Below are positions 10,000 through 17,921 of a DNA stretch of 26,509 bases, in pieces. The position numbers and the translations under genes are program-made. Under the pieces are notes generated by a model. It was not told the DNA's origin, ran no database searches, and was given only the letters and a program-made list of their open reading frames with translations. This stretch comes from Candidatus Omnitrophota bacterium. Lineage in GTDB: Bacteria; Omnitrophota; Omnitrophia; Omnitrophales; Aquincolibacteriaceae. The DNA is taken from the NCBI GenBank assembly GCA_023246985.1, contig JAHFHJ010000001.1, forward strand, positions 18,514-45,022, written 5' to 3'. Each line of letters starts with the position of its first letter. Positions within the stretch are counted from its first letter, which is position 1.

Positions 10000-10052
10000 G
10001 GGAACGGGAAACGTTGGGCGTTTAACGCCGGCGTTTTCCGTTTTACGTTTTA
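10000..10052 (+). terminator. Hairpin downstream of dnaK (possible intrinsic terminator) built of 7-nt units
   Basis: AACGGGAAACG (10003-13) pairs with CGTTTTCCGTT (10032-42), inner GGCG/CGCC with a TTTAA loop; followed by broken T runs. Confidence 0.45.
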
Positions 10053-10080
10053 CGGCGCCGCCAAAGCCAAAGAAGAACTG

Positions 10081-10953
10081 ATGCCTTACCGTACGAAATG
10101 GTTTTTGTTGTGCTTGATCTTGATGTTGGGTTTGCCTGGGCCTTGGGCCCTGGCTGTTCCACGCCTCAAGATCGATCCGCCCGTCAAAAAGATCCCGCTC
10201 GACCAACTCGCGATCCTGAAAATCCGACTCGAGTGGCCGCAAGACGAAGGACCGTATGAAATAAATTCCCGGGAGCCCATGCTCGAGAACCTGACCCTCG
10301 AAAAACAAAATCAGTCCCAGGAAACCGGCGCCGCCGTCCGTCATACCCTCACTTATGAGTTCCGTCCTGTCAAAAAAGGAGCGGCTGTCATTGATCCTTT
10401 TGAAGTCAGCTACCGGAAATCCGAGACAGAACCGTGGATCCCCCTCATGATCCCGGAACAAAATATGACGGTTGTTTCAAGCTGGCCGTTAAGATCGATC
10501 CTGATCGGGTTATTGATTGCGGCGGGATTTTTAGCGTTGATTTTGACGGGCTTCAAAGTGCGGACCACCCTGGCGGCTCGTAACGCCGCGAGAAATAGGC
10601 CCCCCCCGGATCCCAAACAAAGAATTTATGCGAAGGCGGAAGAATCGATTGCGACATTCGTCTCGCCGGATCCCAAAGAAAAACTAATTCACTGGTCGAA
10701 TCTGCTCCGGACCGTGGTCGTGACCTACTATGACATCTCCGATGGGAAAACGACTCTTGCCGAGGTCCTTTCACGCCTCCGATCGAAGGGCCTTTTGGCG
10801 GGGGAGTGGAACGAGGTCTCGCGTCTTTTTGAACAGCTTTCCGAGATGCAATTTTCCAGGCAGGACATTCCGGCCCATGCGCTTGAGCAACTCCAAAAGA
10901 CCCTCTTGCAATATGTAAGAGGCAAGATTATCATTGGCAACTTGAACGCTTGA
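10081..10953 (+). CDS. Secreted/membrane-anchored protein with BatD-like Ig-type N-terminal domain
   Basis: N-terminal signal peptide, beta-rich domain (TLTYEFRPVKKGAAVIDPFEVSY), one TM helix (ILIGLLIAAGFLALIL), helical cytoplasmic C-terminus; directly upstream of moxR. Family call is by pattern only. Confidence 0.55.
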   Translation: MPYRTKWFLLCLILMLGLPGPWALAVPRLKIDPPVKKIPLDQLAILKIRLEWPQDEGPYEINSREPMLENLTLEKQNQSQETGAAVRHTLTYEFRPVKKGAAVIDPFEVSYRKSETEPWIPLMIPEQNMTVVSSWPLRSILIGLLIAAGFLALILTGFKVRTTLAARNAARNRPPPDPKQRIYAKAEESIATFVSPDPKEKLIHWSNLLRTVVVTYYDISDGKTTLAEVLSRLRSKGLLAGEWNEVSRLFEQLSEMQFSRQDIPAHALEQLQKTLLQYVRGKIIIGNLNA

Positions 10954-11081
10954 TCATTTCCACCCCGTGAGAGACTTAAATATTTTGGGTGGATTGTGTT
11001 GTATTAAGTATTTATTCCTATAACTATGAAACGCGCCGCTGGGGTTCACACGATCTCTAACGGGGCAAGAAGGAGAACTCT

Positions 11082-12071
11082 ATGGACAGTTCGATCCAGG
11101 AAGTCAACGCCAAGATCCGTGAAGCCAACGCCTCGATCAAAGATCTCACCCGCGAGATCGGGAAGGTCATTGTCGGTCAACAATATCTCGTGGACCGGCT
11201 CCTCATGGCTCTTTTGGCCGACGGACACATCTTGATCGAAGGGGTTCCAGGCCTTGCCAAGACCCTTTCCGTACGGACCCTCTCCCAGGCCATTGATGCC
11301 CAATTCCAGCGCATCCAGTTTACTCCGGACCTCCTCCCGGCCGATGTGGTCGGAACCTTGGTCTATAACCCCAAAGACGGCCATTTTTCAACTAAAAAGG
11401 GCCCTATTTTTACCAATATCATCCTGGCGGATGAGATCAACCGGGCTCCTTCCAAGGTCCAAAGCGCGCTCCTGGAGGCCATGCAGGAACGCCAGGTCAC
11501 GATCGGCAATGAGACCTTCCCGCTGCCGGTCCCATTTCTCGTCCTTGCGACCCAAAATCCGATCGAACAAGAGGGAACTTATCCGCTGCCTGAAGCCCAG
11601 GTCGACCGTTTCATGCTGAAATTAGTCGTTAACTATCCCAGCAAAAAGGAAGAGAAAGAGATCCTGGAGCGCATGGCAACCGGCAAAATGATCCAAGTGA
11701 CGCCGGTTATGAACATTCACCAGATCATGGCCCTTCGAAAACTGCTGCACGAGATTTATATTGATGAAAAGGTGAAGGATTATATTCTCGATCTCGTATT
11801 CGCGACGCGCAATCCTCAGGATTACAAACTTCCGGACCTGAAGCCCCTAATTTCGTATGGCGCTTCGCCGCGCGCGAGCATCATGTTGACCCTGGCGGCC
11901 AAAGCACACGCCTTTCTCCAGGGACGCGGCTATGTCACTCCGGATGACGTCAAACAGATCGGATCGGACGTCCTGCGGCATCGCGTTCTTGTGACCTACG
12001 AAGCGGAAGCCGAGGACATCACCACCGACGATATCGTCAAAAAAATCTTCGATCAGGTCGAAGTCCCATAA
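11082..12071 (+). CDS. moxR: MoxR-family AAA+ ATPase
   Basis: HILIEGVPGLAKT (Walker A), RIQFTPDLLPAD, LADEINRAPSKVQSALLEAMQE, TQNPIEQEGTYPLPEAQVDRF, YGASPRAS; AAGGAG RBS. Confidence 0.96.
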   Translation: MDSSIQEVNAKIREANASIKDLTREIGKVIVGQQYLVDRLLMALLADGHILIEGVPGLAKTLSVRTLSQAIDAQFQRIQFTPDLLPADVVGTLVYNPKDGHFSTKKGPIFTNIILADEINRAPSKVQSALLEAMQERQVTIGNETFPLPVPFLVLATQNPIEQEGTYPLPEAQVDRFMLKLVVNYPSKKEEKEILERMATGKMIQVTPVMNIHQIMALRKLLHEIYIDEKVKDYILDLVFATRNPQDYKLPDLKPLISYGASPRASIMLTLAAKAHAFLQGRGYVTPDDVKQIGSDVLRHRVLVTYEAEAEDITTDDIVKKIFDQVEVP

Positions 12072-12094
12072 TTCTCAAGACCCATCACCCAAAG

Positions 12095-12124
12095 TTTGTC
12101 CGATAAGATCATCGGACGGACAAA
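12095..12124. repeat. Small hairpin with duplicated GGAC in the 3' arm
   Basis: GTCCGAT (12098-104) / ATCGGAC (12111-17) 7-bp stem with a 6-nt loop; TTTGTCC (12095-101) can alternatively pair with GGACAAA (12118-24). Confidence 0.5.
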
Positions 12125-12134
12125 GCTGATTTAA

Positions 12135-12269
12135 AAATAACCAAGATCCAATGACGAAGATCCCAATAATGATCAATCATCCAAATCAAATAACCCGACT
12201 GTTTTCCGACGATGGGTTATTGGATGTGGAATTTGTTTGATCATTGGTTCTTGGTTATTTAATCTTGGG
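12135..12269. repeat. Long imperfect inverted repeat with 7-nt periodicity
   Basis: 12135-12154 and 12241-12260 are reverse complements at 19/20 positions; inner AATAACCC (12189-96) pairs with GGGTTATT (12214-21). Confidence 0.8.
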
Positions 12270-12295
12270 TATTCCTAATAGAAGGTTCCCTGAAA

Positions 12296-13177
12296 ATGAT
12301 CCCCGCAGCGCTCCTTAAAAAAGTCCGAAAGATCGAGATCCGCACGACCCATCTGGTCAATGATCTTTTCGGCGGGGAATACGAATCCGTCTTCAAGGGA
12401 CAGGGCATCGAATTCGCGGATGTTCGGGAATATGTCCCGGGGGATGATATCCGTACCATTGACTGGAATGTGACGGCGCGTTCGCTTCATCCTTTCGTTA
12501 AAAAATTCGTCGAGACCCGCGAGCTCACAGTCCTCTTTGCGGTCGACATGTCCGGCTCGCAATATTTCGGATCCGCCGATAAACTCAAATCCGAGATCGC
12601 GGCCGAAATCACTGCCATCCTTGCCTTTTCTGCCGTCAAGAATAACGACAAAACCGGACTCCTCATCGCCACCGAAGGCGTCGAGAAATTCATCCCGGTC
12701 AAAAAGGGAAGGAACCACGCCCTCCGTGTTATTCGCGAGATCCTCGGATATCAGCCCCGGAAGAAGAAAACCATGCTTTCCGGAGCCCTGGAATATCTCT
12801 ACCGGATTCAGACGCGAACCTCGGTTATTTTTCTGATCTCGGACTTCATGGACGAAGGCTATGAAAAAGCCCTGAAGATCCTGAGCCGAAAACACGATGT
12901 CATCGCGATCTATCTTCGGGATGCTCTCGAGCGGCAGTTCCCAAAGGTGGGACTTGTGGAACTGGTCGACCGCGAAAACGGCGACACCTTGCTCGTCGAC
13001 ACGGCCTCGCCCCTGTTTCACAAGCGCTTTCGACAAATGGCGGATGCGCGACAAGCTTCTCTCGAAAAACTCTTCAAACGCCTTCAGATCGACTGTATTG
13101 AGATCCCGGCCGACACCTCCTATATCGAGCCGCTTTTCAGATTTTTTAAAAGCCGGGAGCGGGAGCGCAGGCGCTGA
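12296..13177 (+). CDS. DUF58 domain (vWA-like) protein, MoxR partner
   Basis: FKGQGIEFADVREYVPGDDIRTIDWNVTAR, FVETREL, VDMSGSQYFG, FLISDF. Confidence 0.93.
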   Translation: MIPAALLKKVRKIEIRTTHLVNDLFGGEYESVFKGQGIEFADVREYVPGDDIRTIDWNVTARSLHPFVKKFVETRELTVLFAVDMSGSQYFGSADKLKSEIAAEITAILAFSAVKNNDKTGLLIATEGVEKFIPVKKGRNHALRVIREILGYQPRKKKTMLSGALEYLYRIQTRTSVIFLISDFMDEGYEKALKILSRKHDVIAIYLRDALERQFPKVGLVELVDRENGDTLLVDTASPLFHKRFRQMADARQASLEKLFKRLQIDCIEIPADTSYIEPLFRFFKSRERERRR

Positions 13178-14175
13178 TGATACGTTCACGAAAGGGGATA
13201 AGCGGATTTTCCGCCGTAATACGGCGGACGGATCTGTCCTCTCTCATCATCCTTACCGTTGCTTTTCTCATGACGGCCGGCACGCTTCGCGCAGCAGAGG
13301 ACGCTATCAAGGTCACGGCCGAAGTGGATAAGGCATTCCTCACGATTGGAGACCCCGTCACGTACACGGTCACCGTCGAGCACGCGCCTGACATCCAGAT
13401 CCTTTCCAATATTCCGGCTCCGGACTCCGATATCCTCGAGATCAAAAAAGTCGAGGACCTTAACAAAAAAGGAAAAAAGACCATCCTTTCAGGGAAAAAA
13501 TTTATTCTCACGACCTACCGGCTCGGCGAGTTCATTCTCGGGCCCGTCACGATCCAATATCGCAAAGAAGGTCTACCGATCAAGAGCCTTCAGACGAACA
13601 AGCTTTACCTGACCGTCAAAAGCGTCGCGGAAGGCGAGTCCCAGGAAGACATTCGCGATGTAAAAAAAGTGGTCCCGTTCAAATGGCGCATGGGAAAATT
13701 CCTTTGGACGCTCCTTACGCTCGCGCTTTTGACGGCGGGTTATTTTCTCTTTCGATTTTTACGCGGTCAAAAGATCGCCCTGGTGCCCTCGGCACCGCCT
13801 TTGACGCCCGAGGAAGAGGCGCTTCTGCATTTGGGCGAACTCTATGAATCCGATCTTCTGAAACGCGGACTCATCAAGGCGTACTACCTGCGCCTCTCCG
13901 AGATCCTGAGGGTCTATTTCGAAAAACGCTACGGGATTCTTGCCGTGGAATCGACCACGTTCGAGATCCTGCGCGCGCTGAAACCTCAGCATCCGGATAG
14001 CGCGCTTTATCAGAAAATCCAATATGTTCTCGAGGCCGCGGACCTCGCAAAATTTGCCAAGTGGGTCCCGACCGCGCCCGAGGTTCTCCATCTCAACAAA
14101 AAATCCGAAGAGATCGTCAAGGAATCAGCGCCTCTTCCGGAACAAGCCCTCACGGAGACGCCTCATGGTGTTTAG
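13177..14175 (+). CDS. BatD-like N-terminal domain / DUF4381-type membrane protein of Bat operons
   Basis: Signal/TM segment, TAEVDKAFLTIGDPVTYTVTV, IRDVK, TM helix, YYLRLSEILRVYFEKRYG...ESTTFEIL, ADLAKFAK; TGATG overlap with DUF58. Confidence 0.75.
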   Translation: MIRSRKGISGFSAVIRRTDLSSLIILTVAFLMTAGTLRAAEDAIKVTAEVDKAFLTIGDPVTYTVTVEHAPDIQILSNIPAPDSDILEIKKVEDLNKKGKKTILSGKKFILTTYRLGEFILGPVTIQYRKEGLPIKSLQTNKLYLTVKSVAEGESQEDIRDVKKVVPFKWRMGKFLWTLLTLALLTAGYFLFRFLRGQKIALVPSAPPLTPEEEALLHLGELYESDLLKRGLIKAYYLRLSEILRVYFEKRYGILAVESTTFEILRALKPQHPDSALYQKIQYVLEAADLAKFAKWVPTAPEVLHLNKKSEEIVKESAPLPEQALTETPHGV

Positions 14176-15145
14176 GCATCCGGCATTCTTCCTGCTTCTG
14201 CTTCTGTTGCCCTTTGTTTTTAGGGGGTCCTGGCGCCGCGAAAAACTGGAATTCGCATTTTCTTCTTTGCAACTCCTCAAAGACCGGCCCGCGACCTCCC
14301 GAATGTTCTTTTTCAGGTTGTTGCCGGTCCTGCGCTTCGTCATGTTGGTGCTCCTCATTGCCGCGCTGGCCAGACCCTCGAACGTCTCGAGCGACAAGGA
14401 ATACCAGACCCACGGCGTCGATATCGTGATCGCTCTCGATATCTCGGGTTCCATGCTCGCCGAGGATTTTCAGCCGGAGAACCGCGTCTTCGTCGCCAAA
14501 CAGGAGGCCATCAAATTCATCAAAGGACGCGAAAATGACCGCGTCGGCCTTGTGGTGTTCTCCCAAAAAGCGTTCACGCAGTGCCCGCTCACGCTTGATT
14601 ACCGGATCCTTGTGGAACTTCTTTCCGAGATTCGGGTCGGTATGATCGCCGACGGTACCGCCATTGGCATGGGCATCGCGACCGCGGTGAACCGCCTCCG
14701 GGACAGCGACGCGAAAAGCAAGGTCATCATCCTGATCACGGACGGGGAGAACAACGCCGGGAATATTGACCCGGTCACGGCGGCAGAACTTGCCAAAAGT
14801 TTTGGCATCAAGATCTACACGATCGGCGTCGGACGGGGGGGGATGGTCCCGTTCCCGATCGATGACCCGCTTTTCGGCAAGCGCTATGTCCAGGCAAATG
14901 TGGAGGTCGATGAAACGACCCTGAAGCGCATCGCGGATATCACCGGCGGTCTTTTTTTCCGGGCCCGCGATCCCGCGGCGCTTTCTGAAATTTACGAACG
15001 GATCAACAAGCTCGAAAAGAGTGAGGTCAAGGTCAAAGAATACCGCAGCTTCAACGAACTCTTCCCGATCTTTTTGATCCCGGCGCTCCTCCTCCTGCTC
15101 CTGGATATTCTTTTGCGCCGGACCCTCCTGATGAAGGTGCCCTGA
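14165..15145 (+). CDS. batA: vWA-domain membrane protein BatA
   Basis: MVFRHPAFFLLLLLLP start, ALARP, DIVIALDISGSM (MIDAS), DRVGLVVF, GTAIGMG, ILITDGENNAG, VKEY, C-terminal TM. Start set to ATG 14165. Confidence 0.9.
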   Translation: MVFRHPAFFLLLLLLPFVFRGSWRREKLEFAFSSLQLLKDRPATSRMFFFRLLPVLRFVMLVLLIAALARPSNVSSDKEYQTHGVDIVIALDISGSMLAEDFQPENRVFVAKQEAIKFIKGRENDRVGLVVFSQKAFTQCPLTLDYRILVELLSEIRVGMIADGTAIGMGIATAVNRLRDSDAKSKVIILITDGENNAGNIDPVTAAELAKSFGIKIYTIGVGRGGMVPFPIDDPLFGKRYVQANVEVDETTLKRIADITGGLFFRARDPAALSEIYERINKLEKSEVKVKEYRSFNELFPIFLIPALLLLLLDILLRRTLLMKVP

Positions 15146-17148
15146 TGCAATTCTTCAAACCCGAATATTTTCTTTATCTCTGGCTGGTTCCGGCGGTTTT
15201 CGCACTTTTTATTTTCTCGCGCAAGCTTTGGAAAAAACGCCTGCGCCGCCTGGTCCGGGACGAAACGCTTCTCGCGAAATTGATCGAGGGATATCGTCAA
15301 GGCGAGTGGATGCTTCGCGCGGTTCTGACAACGCTCGCGGTACTTTGTTTTGTAGGGGCGCTTGCCCGGCCGCAATGGGGCGATGAAAAACGAAGCGTCC
15401 AGCGTAAGGGCGCGGACATTATTTTCCTGGTGGATACCTCACTCAGTATGCTGGCTGAAGACATCAAGCCCAGCCGCCTCGGCAAAGCCAAGTTCGAGAT
15501 CGAGACCTTTATCCGGAATCTCCGCGGAGACCGCGTCGGCATGGTCGCCTTTGCGGGCTCGGGATTCCTCCAGACGCCCCTGACCCTCGATCATGCGGCA
15601 TTTCTCCTGTTTCTGGATGCCGTTCAGGTCGGATTTCTTCCGGACCCGGGGACCTCACTCGTCCAAGCCATCCATTTGGCGATTAAGGCGTTCCCTCAGA
15701 AAGAACTCAAATATAAGGCCTTGATCCTCTTTACGGACGGGGAAGACCATGAAGGAGGCATTGAGAGGGCTATTGAGGAGGCCCAACAGGCTCATGTGCG
15801 CCTCTACGCCCTGGGACTGGGAACGGCGGAAGGGGAGCCCATTCCCCTCAAGAACGAGAAAGGGGAGCGCCAAGGCTTCAAAAAGGACCGTAGCGGGCAA
15901 ATGGTGCTCACCAAACTCAATCAGCCCCTCCTGGAACGGCTAGCCAGGGAAACGGGGGGCCTCTACCTTCCCGCCACGCCCGGTGAAAAAGAGGTCGAGG
16001 TCATCCTCAAACATCTCCGCGGATGGGGCGAGCAAAAGTTTGAAGAAAAAATGATTGTGGAGCGGGAAGACCAATACCAGGTATTCCTGATCCTTGCGTT
16101 GATCCTCCTTATCGCTGAAATGCTGATCCGGAGGAAAAACAAAAAGAATCCCGCGCTCCTGGCCTGTCTCGCGTCTTTTTTTCTTTTCACGGGATTCTTT
16201 GAGACCTCACAGGACACGATCAAAAAGGGCAACGACCATTTCCAGAACAAGCGCTACCAGTCGGCGCTAGAAAACTATCGCAAGGTCCAAATCAAAAACC
16301 CGGACGCCCCGGAAGTGCTTTACAATCTCGGAACCGCGCTTTACAAGGTCGATTCTTTCCAGGAATCAGCCCAAGACCTCGATCATGCGGCCGCCAAGGC
16401 CGAAGACCCGCGGCTGAAGGCTCGCGCGCTTTATAACTTCGGCAATACCCAGTACCGCCTCGGGAATTTTGAACAAGCCATCGACTCCTATAAAAAAGTC
16501 CTGGCGATCGATCCCACCGATAAGGATTCCAAATACAACCTGGAGTTCCTCCAGAAGCAGAAAAATAAATTTGAGAAAAAAGACCAAGACCGGAAAAAAG
16601 AAGACCCAAAAAAAGATTCACGGCAAAACCAGCAAAAGAACCGACAGGATCAACAGCCGCAACAAGGTCAAGGCCGGCAAGACCAGAAAAATCAAGGCCA
16701 GGGTCAGCAAGATAAGCAAGATCAGAAAGACACGCAACAAAAGCTCTCGCCGAGCCAGAGTCAGCCGCAAGATCAAAAGGATCAGAGGGAGCAACAGCAA
16801 AACCAACAGCAACAGAATCAGGAACAAGGCGAGCAGGATCAGAAGAATAAAGAACAACAGCAAAAAGACCAGGCGCAAAAAGAAAGAGAAGAACAGCAAC
16901 AACGCGCGCAGGAGCAGAAAGACCAGGAAAGAAAGGATCAGGATGAGCAACAGCGGCAGCAGCAAGATCAGCAAAAAAGTGATTCGGAGAAGCGGCAGGG
17001 GCAAGCGAAACAGCCTCTCCAGGGTCAGATGAGCATGGATAACGCCCTAAACCTTCTGGATGCCCTCAAGGAATCCGAAAAAGAGCTCCAGGACCTTCGC
17101 CGTCCGCCGGTCAATAAGAACCCGCCTCCGGTGGATAAGGACTGGTAA
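15145..17148 (+). CDS. BatB (vWA) - BatC (TPR, Gln-rich) fusion protein
   Basis: ALARPQWG, DIIFLVDTSLSM, DRVGMVAFAG, LFTDGEDH, TM helix, then TPRs (YNLGTALYK, YNFGNTQYRLG, DSKYNLE), about 150-aa Q/K/D/E-rich tract and a LLDALKESE...KDW C-terminus; one uninterrupted frame. Confidence 0.88.
   Translation: MQFFKPEYFLYLWLVPAVFALFIFSRKLWKKRLRRLVRDETLLAKLIEGYRQGEWMLRAVLTTLAVLCFVGALARPQWGDEKRSVQRKGADIIFLVDTSLSMLAEDIKPSRLGKAKFEIETFIRNLRGDRVGMVAFAGSGFLQTPLTLDHAAFLLFLDAVQVGFLPDPGTSLVQAIHLAIKAFPQKELKYKALILFTDGEDHEGGIERAIEEAQQAHVRLYALGLGTAEGEPIPLKNEKGERQGFKKDRSGQMVLTKLNQPLLERLARETGGLYLPATPGEKEVEVILKHLRGWGEQKFEEKMIVEREDQYQVFLILALILLIAEMLIRRKNKKNPALLACLASFFLFTGFFETSQDTIKKGNDHFQNKRYQSALENYRKVQIKNPDAPEVLYNLGTALYKVDSFQESAQDLDHAAAKAEDPRLKARALYNFGNTQYRLGNFEQAIDSYKKVLAIDPTDKDSKYNLEFLQKQKNKFEKKDQDRKKEDPKKDSRQNQQKNRQDQQPQQGQGRQDQKNQGQGQQDKQDQKDTQQKLSPSQSQPQDQKDQREQQQNQQQQNQEQGEQDQKNKEQQQKDQAQKEREEQQQRAQEQKDQERKDQDEQQRQQQDQQKSDSEKRQGQAKQPLQGQMSMDNALNLLDALKESEKELQDLRRPPVNKNPPPVDKDW
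16561..17025 (+). repeat. Low-complexity Gln/Lys/Asp/Glu-rich coding tract (QDQK-type units)
   Basis: Recurrent CAAGATCAGAAAGA / CAGGATCAGAAGAA / AAAGACCAG-like units; strongly purine- and A-rich on the + strand. Confidence 0.8.
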
Positions 17149-17178
17149 AAAAAATCACCTTACCGAGGGAGAATATTT

Positions 17179-17625
17179 ATGAGCCTCATGGAGCAAATCG
17201 AAAAGGATGTTATCGCCGCGATGAAGTCCAAAGATATTGTCAAACTCTCAACGCTCAGGATGCTCAAAAGCGCCGTCGTGAACTATCTGATCCATGCTAA
17301 AAAGGACAAGGCGGATGATCCGGAGGTCCTCGGCATGGTGGCCAAACAGGCCAAACAGCGCCGGGAGAGTCTTGAAATCTTTGAAAAGGCCGGTCGCAAG
17401 GACCTGGCGGATCAAGAGAAGGCCGAGCTCGCGATCCTGGAGGATTATCTTCCTAGGCAACTGACGGATGAAGAACTGAGGGTGGAAGTCCGAAATGCTA
17501 TTAGAATATCGGGCGCCGCCGGCCCATCGGACATGGGAAAGCTTATAAAAATCCTCATGCCAGCCATCCAGGGAAAAGCCGACGGCAAGCGCGTCCAGGA
17601 AGCTGTCAAGACCCTTCTGAAATAG
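17179..17625 (+). CDS. yqeY: GatB/YqeY domain protein
   Basis: MSLMEQIEKDVIAAMK, TLRMLKSA, KQRRESLEIFEKAGRKDLADQEKAEL.ILEDYLP.QL, DMGKLIK, GKADGK; GGGAG RBS. Confidence 0.92.
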   Translation: MSLMEQIEKDVIAAMKSKDIVKLSTLRMLKSAVVNYLIHAKKDKADDPEVLGMVAKQAKQRRESLEIFEKAGRKDLADQEKAELAILEDYLPRQLTDEELRVEVRNAIRISGAAGPSDMGKLIKILMPAIQGKADGKRVQEAVKTLLK

Positions 17626-17676
17626 TTTCAAGCGACATCCCGAAGAAACATCCTAGGGGCCCCGTCTCTCTACGCT

Positions 17677-17704
17677 ACTTTACATAAGATATATTATAGG
17701 TCGT
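17677..17704 (-). other. dif: XerC/XerD dif-like recombination site
   Basis: Minus strand reads ACGACCTATAA-TATATC-TTATGTAAAGT: 11-6-11 architecture with a TTATGTAAA XerD-type arm and the inner ATAA/TTAT inverted pair; located between convergent gene blocks. Confidence 0.8.
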
Positions 17705-17921
17705 ATTCGCGCCATGTCCTCCCTACGCAGAGGTTGTCATTCTTGAGCTACCGTCCTTTTGCTTCCCGGGAACGGAAACTCTTTAGCGATGCCGCGACGT
17801 CGATCAAAGCCCCTTCCAGATAAAGCGCTCCCGTAAGACAGGCTTCGCGGACGTAGCATTTCTCTACAAGAAATGTACTTAATGAGAGGCTATCAGCCTG
17901 TAACAAAAGCTTCGAAATTAG

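Noticed and set aside
10959-11024. TCCACCC/GGGTGGA stem and TATAAC upstream of moxR
   Set aside because: The 21-nt loop and lack of a correctly spaced -35 make both terminator and promoter calls too weak.
16618-17004. Leu-rich 128-aa minus-strand ORF that looks like a membrane protein
   Set aside because: It is simply the reverse complement of the Gln/Lys-rich BatC tract.
17748-17921. 57-codon open frame continuing in-frame after the def TAG stop (possible read-through)
   Set aside because: No start codon context, no recognisable protein, def is already full length, and an open stretch of this size is plausible by chance.
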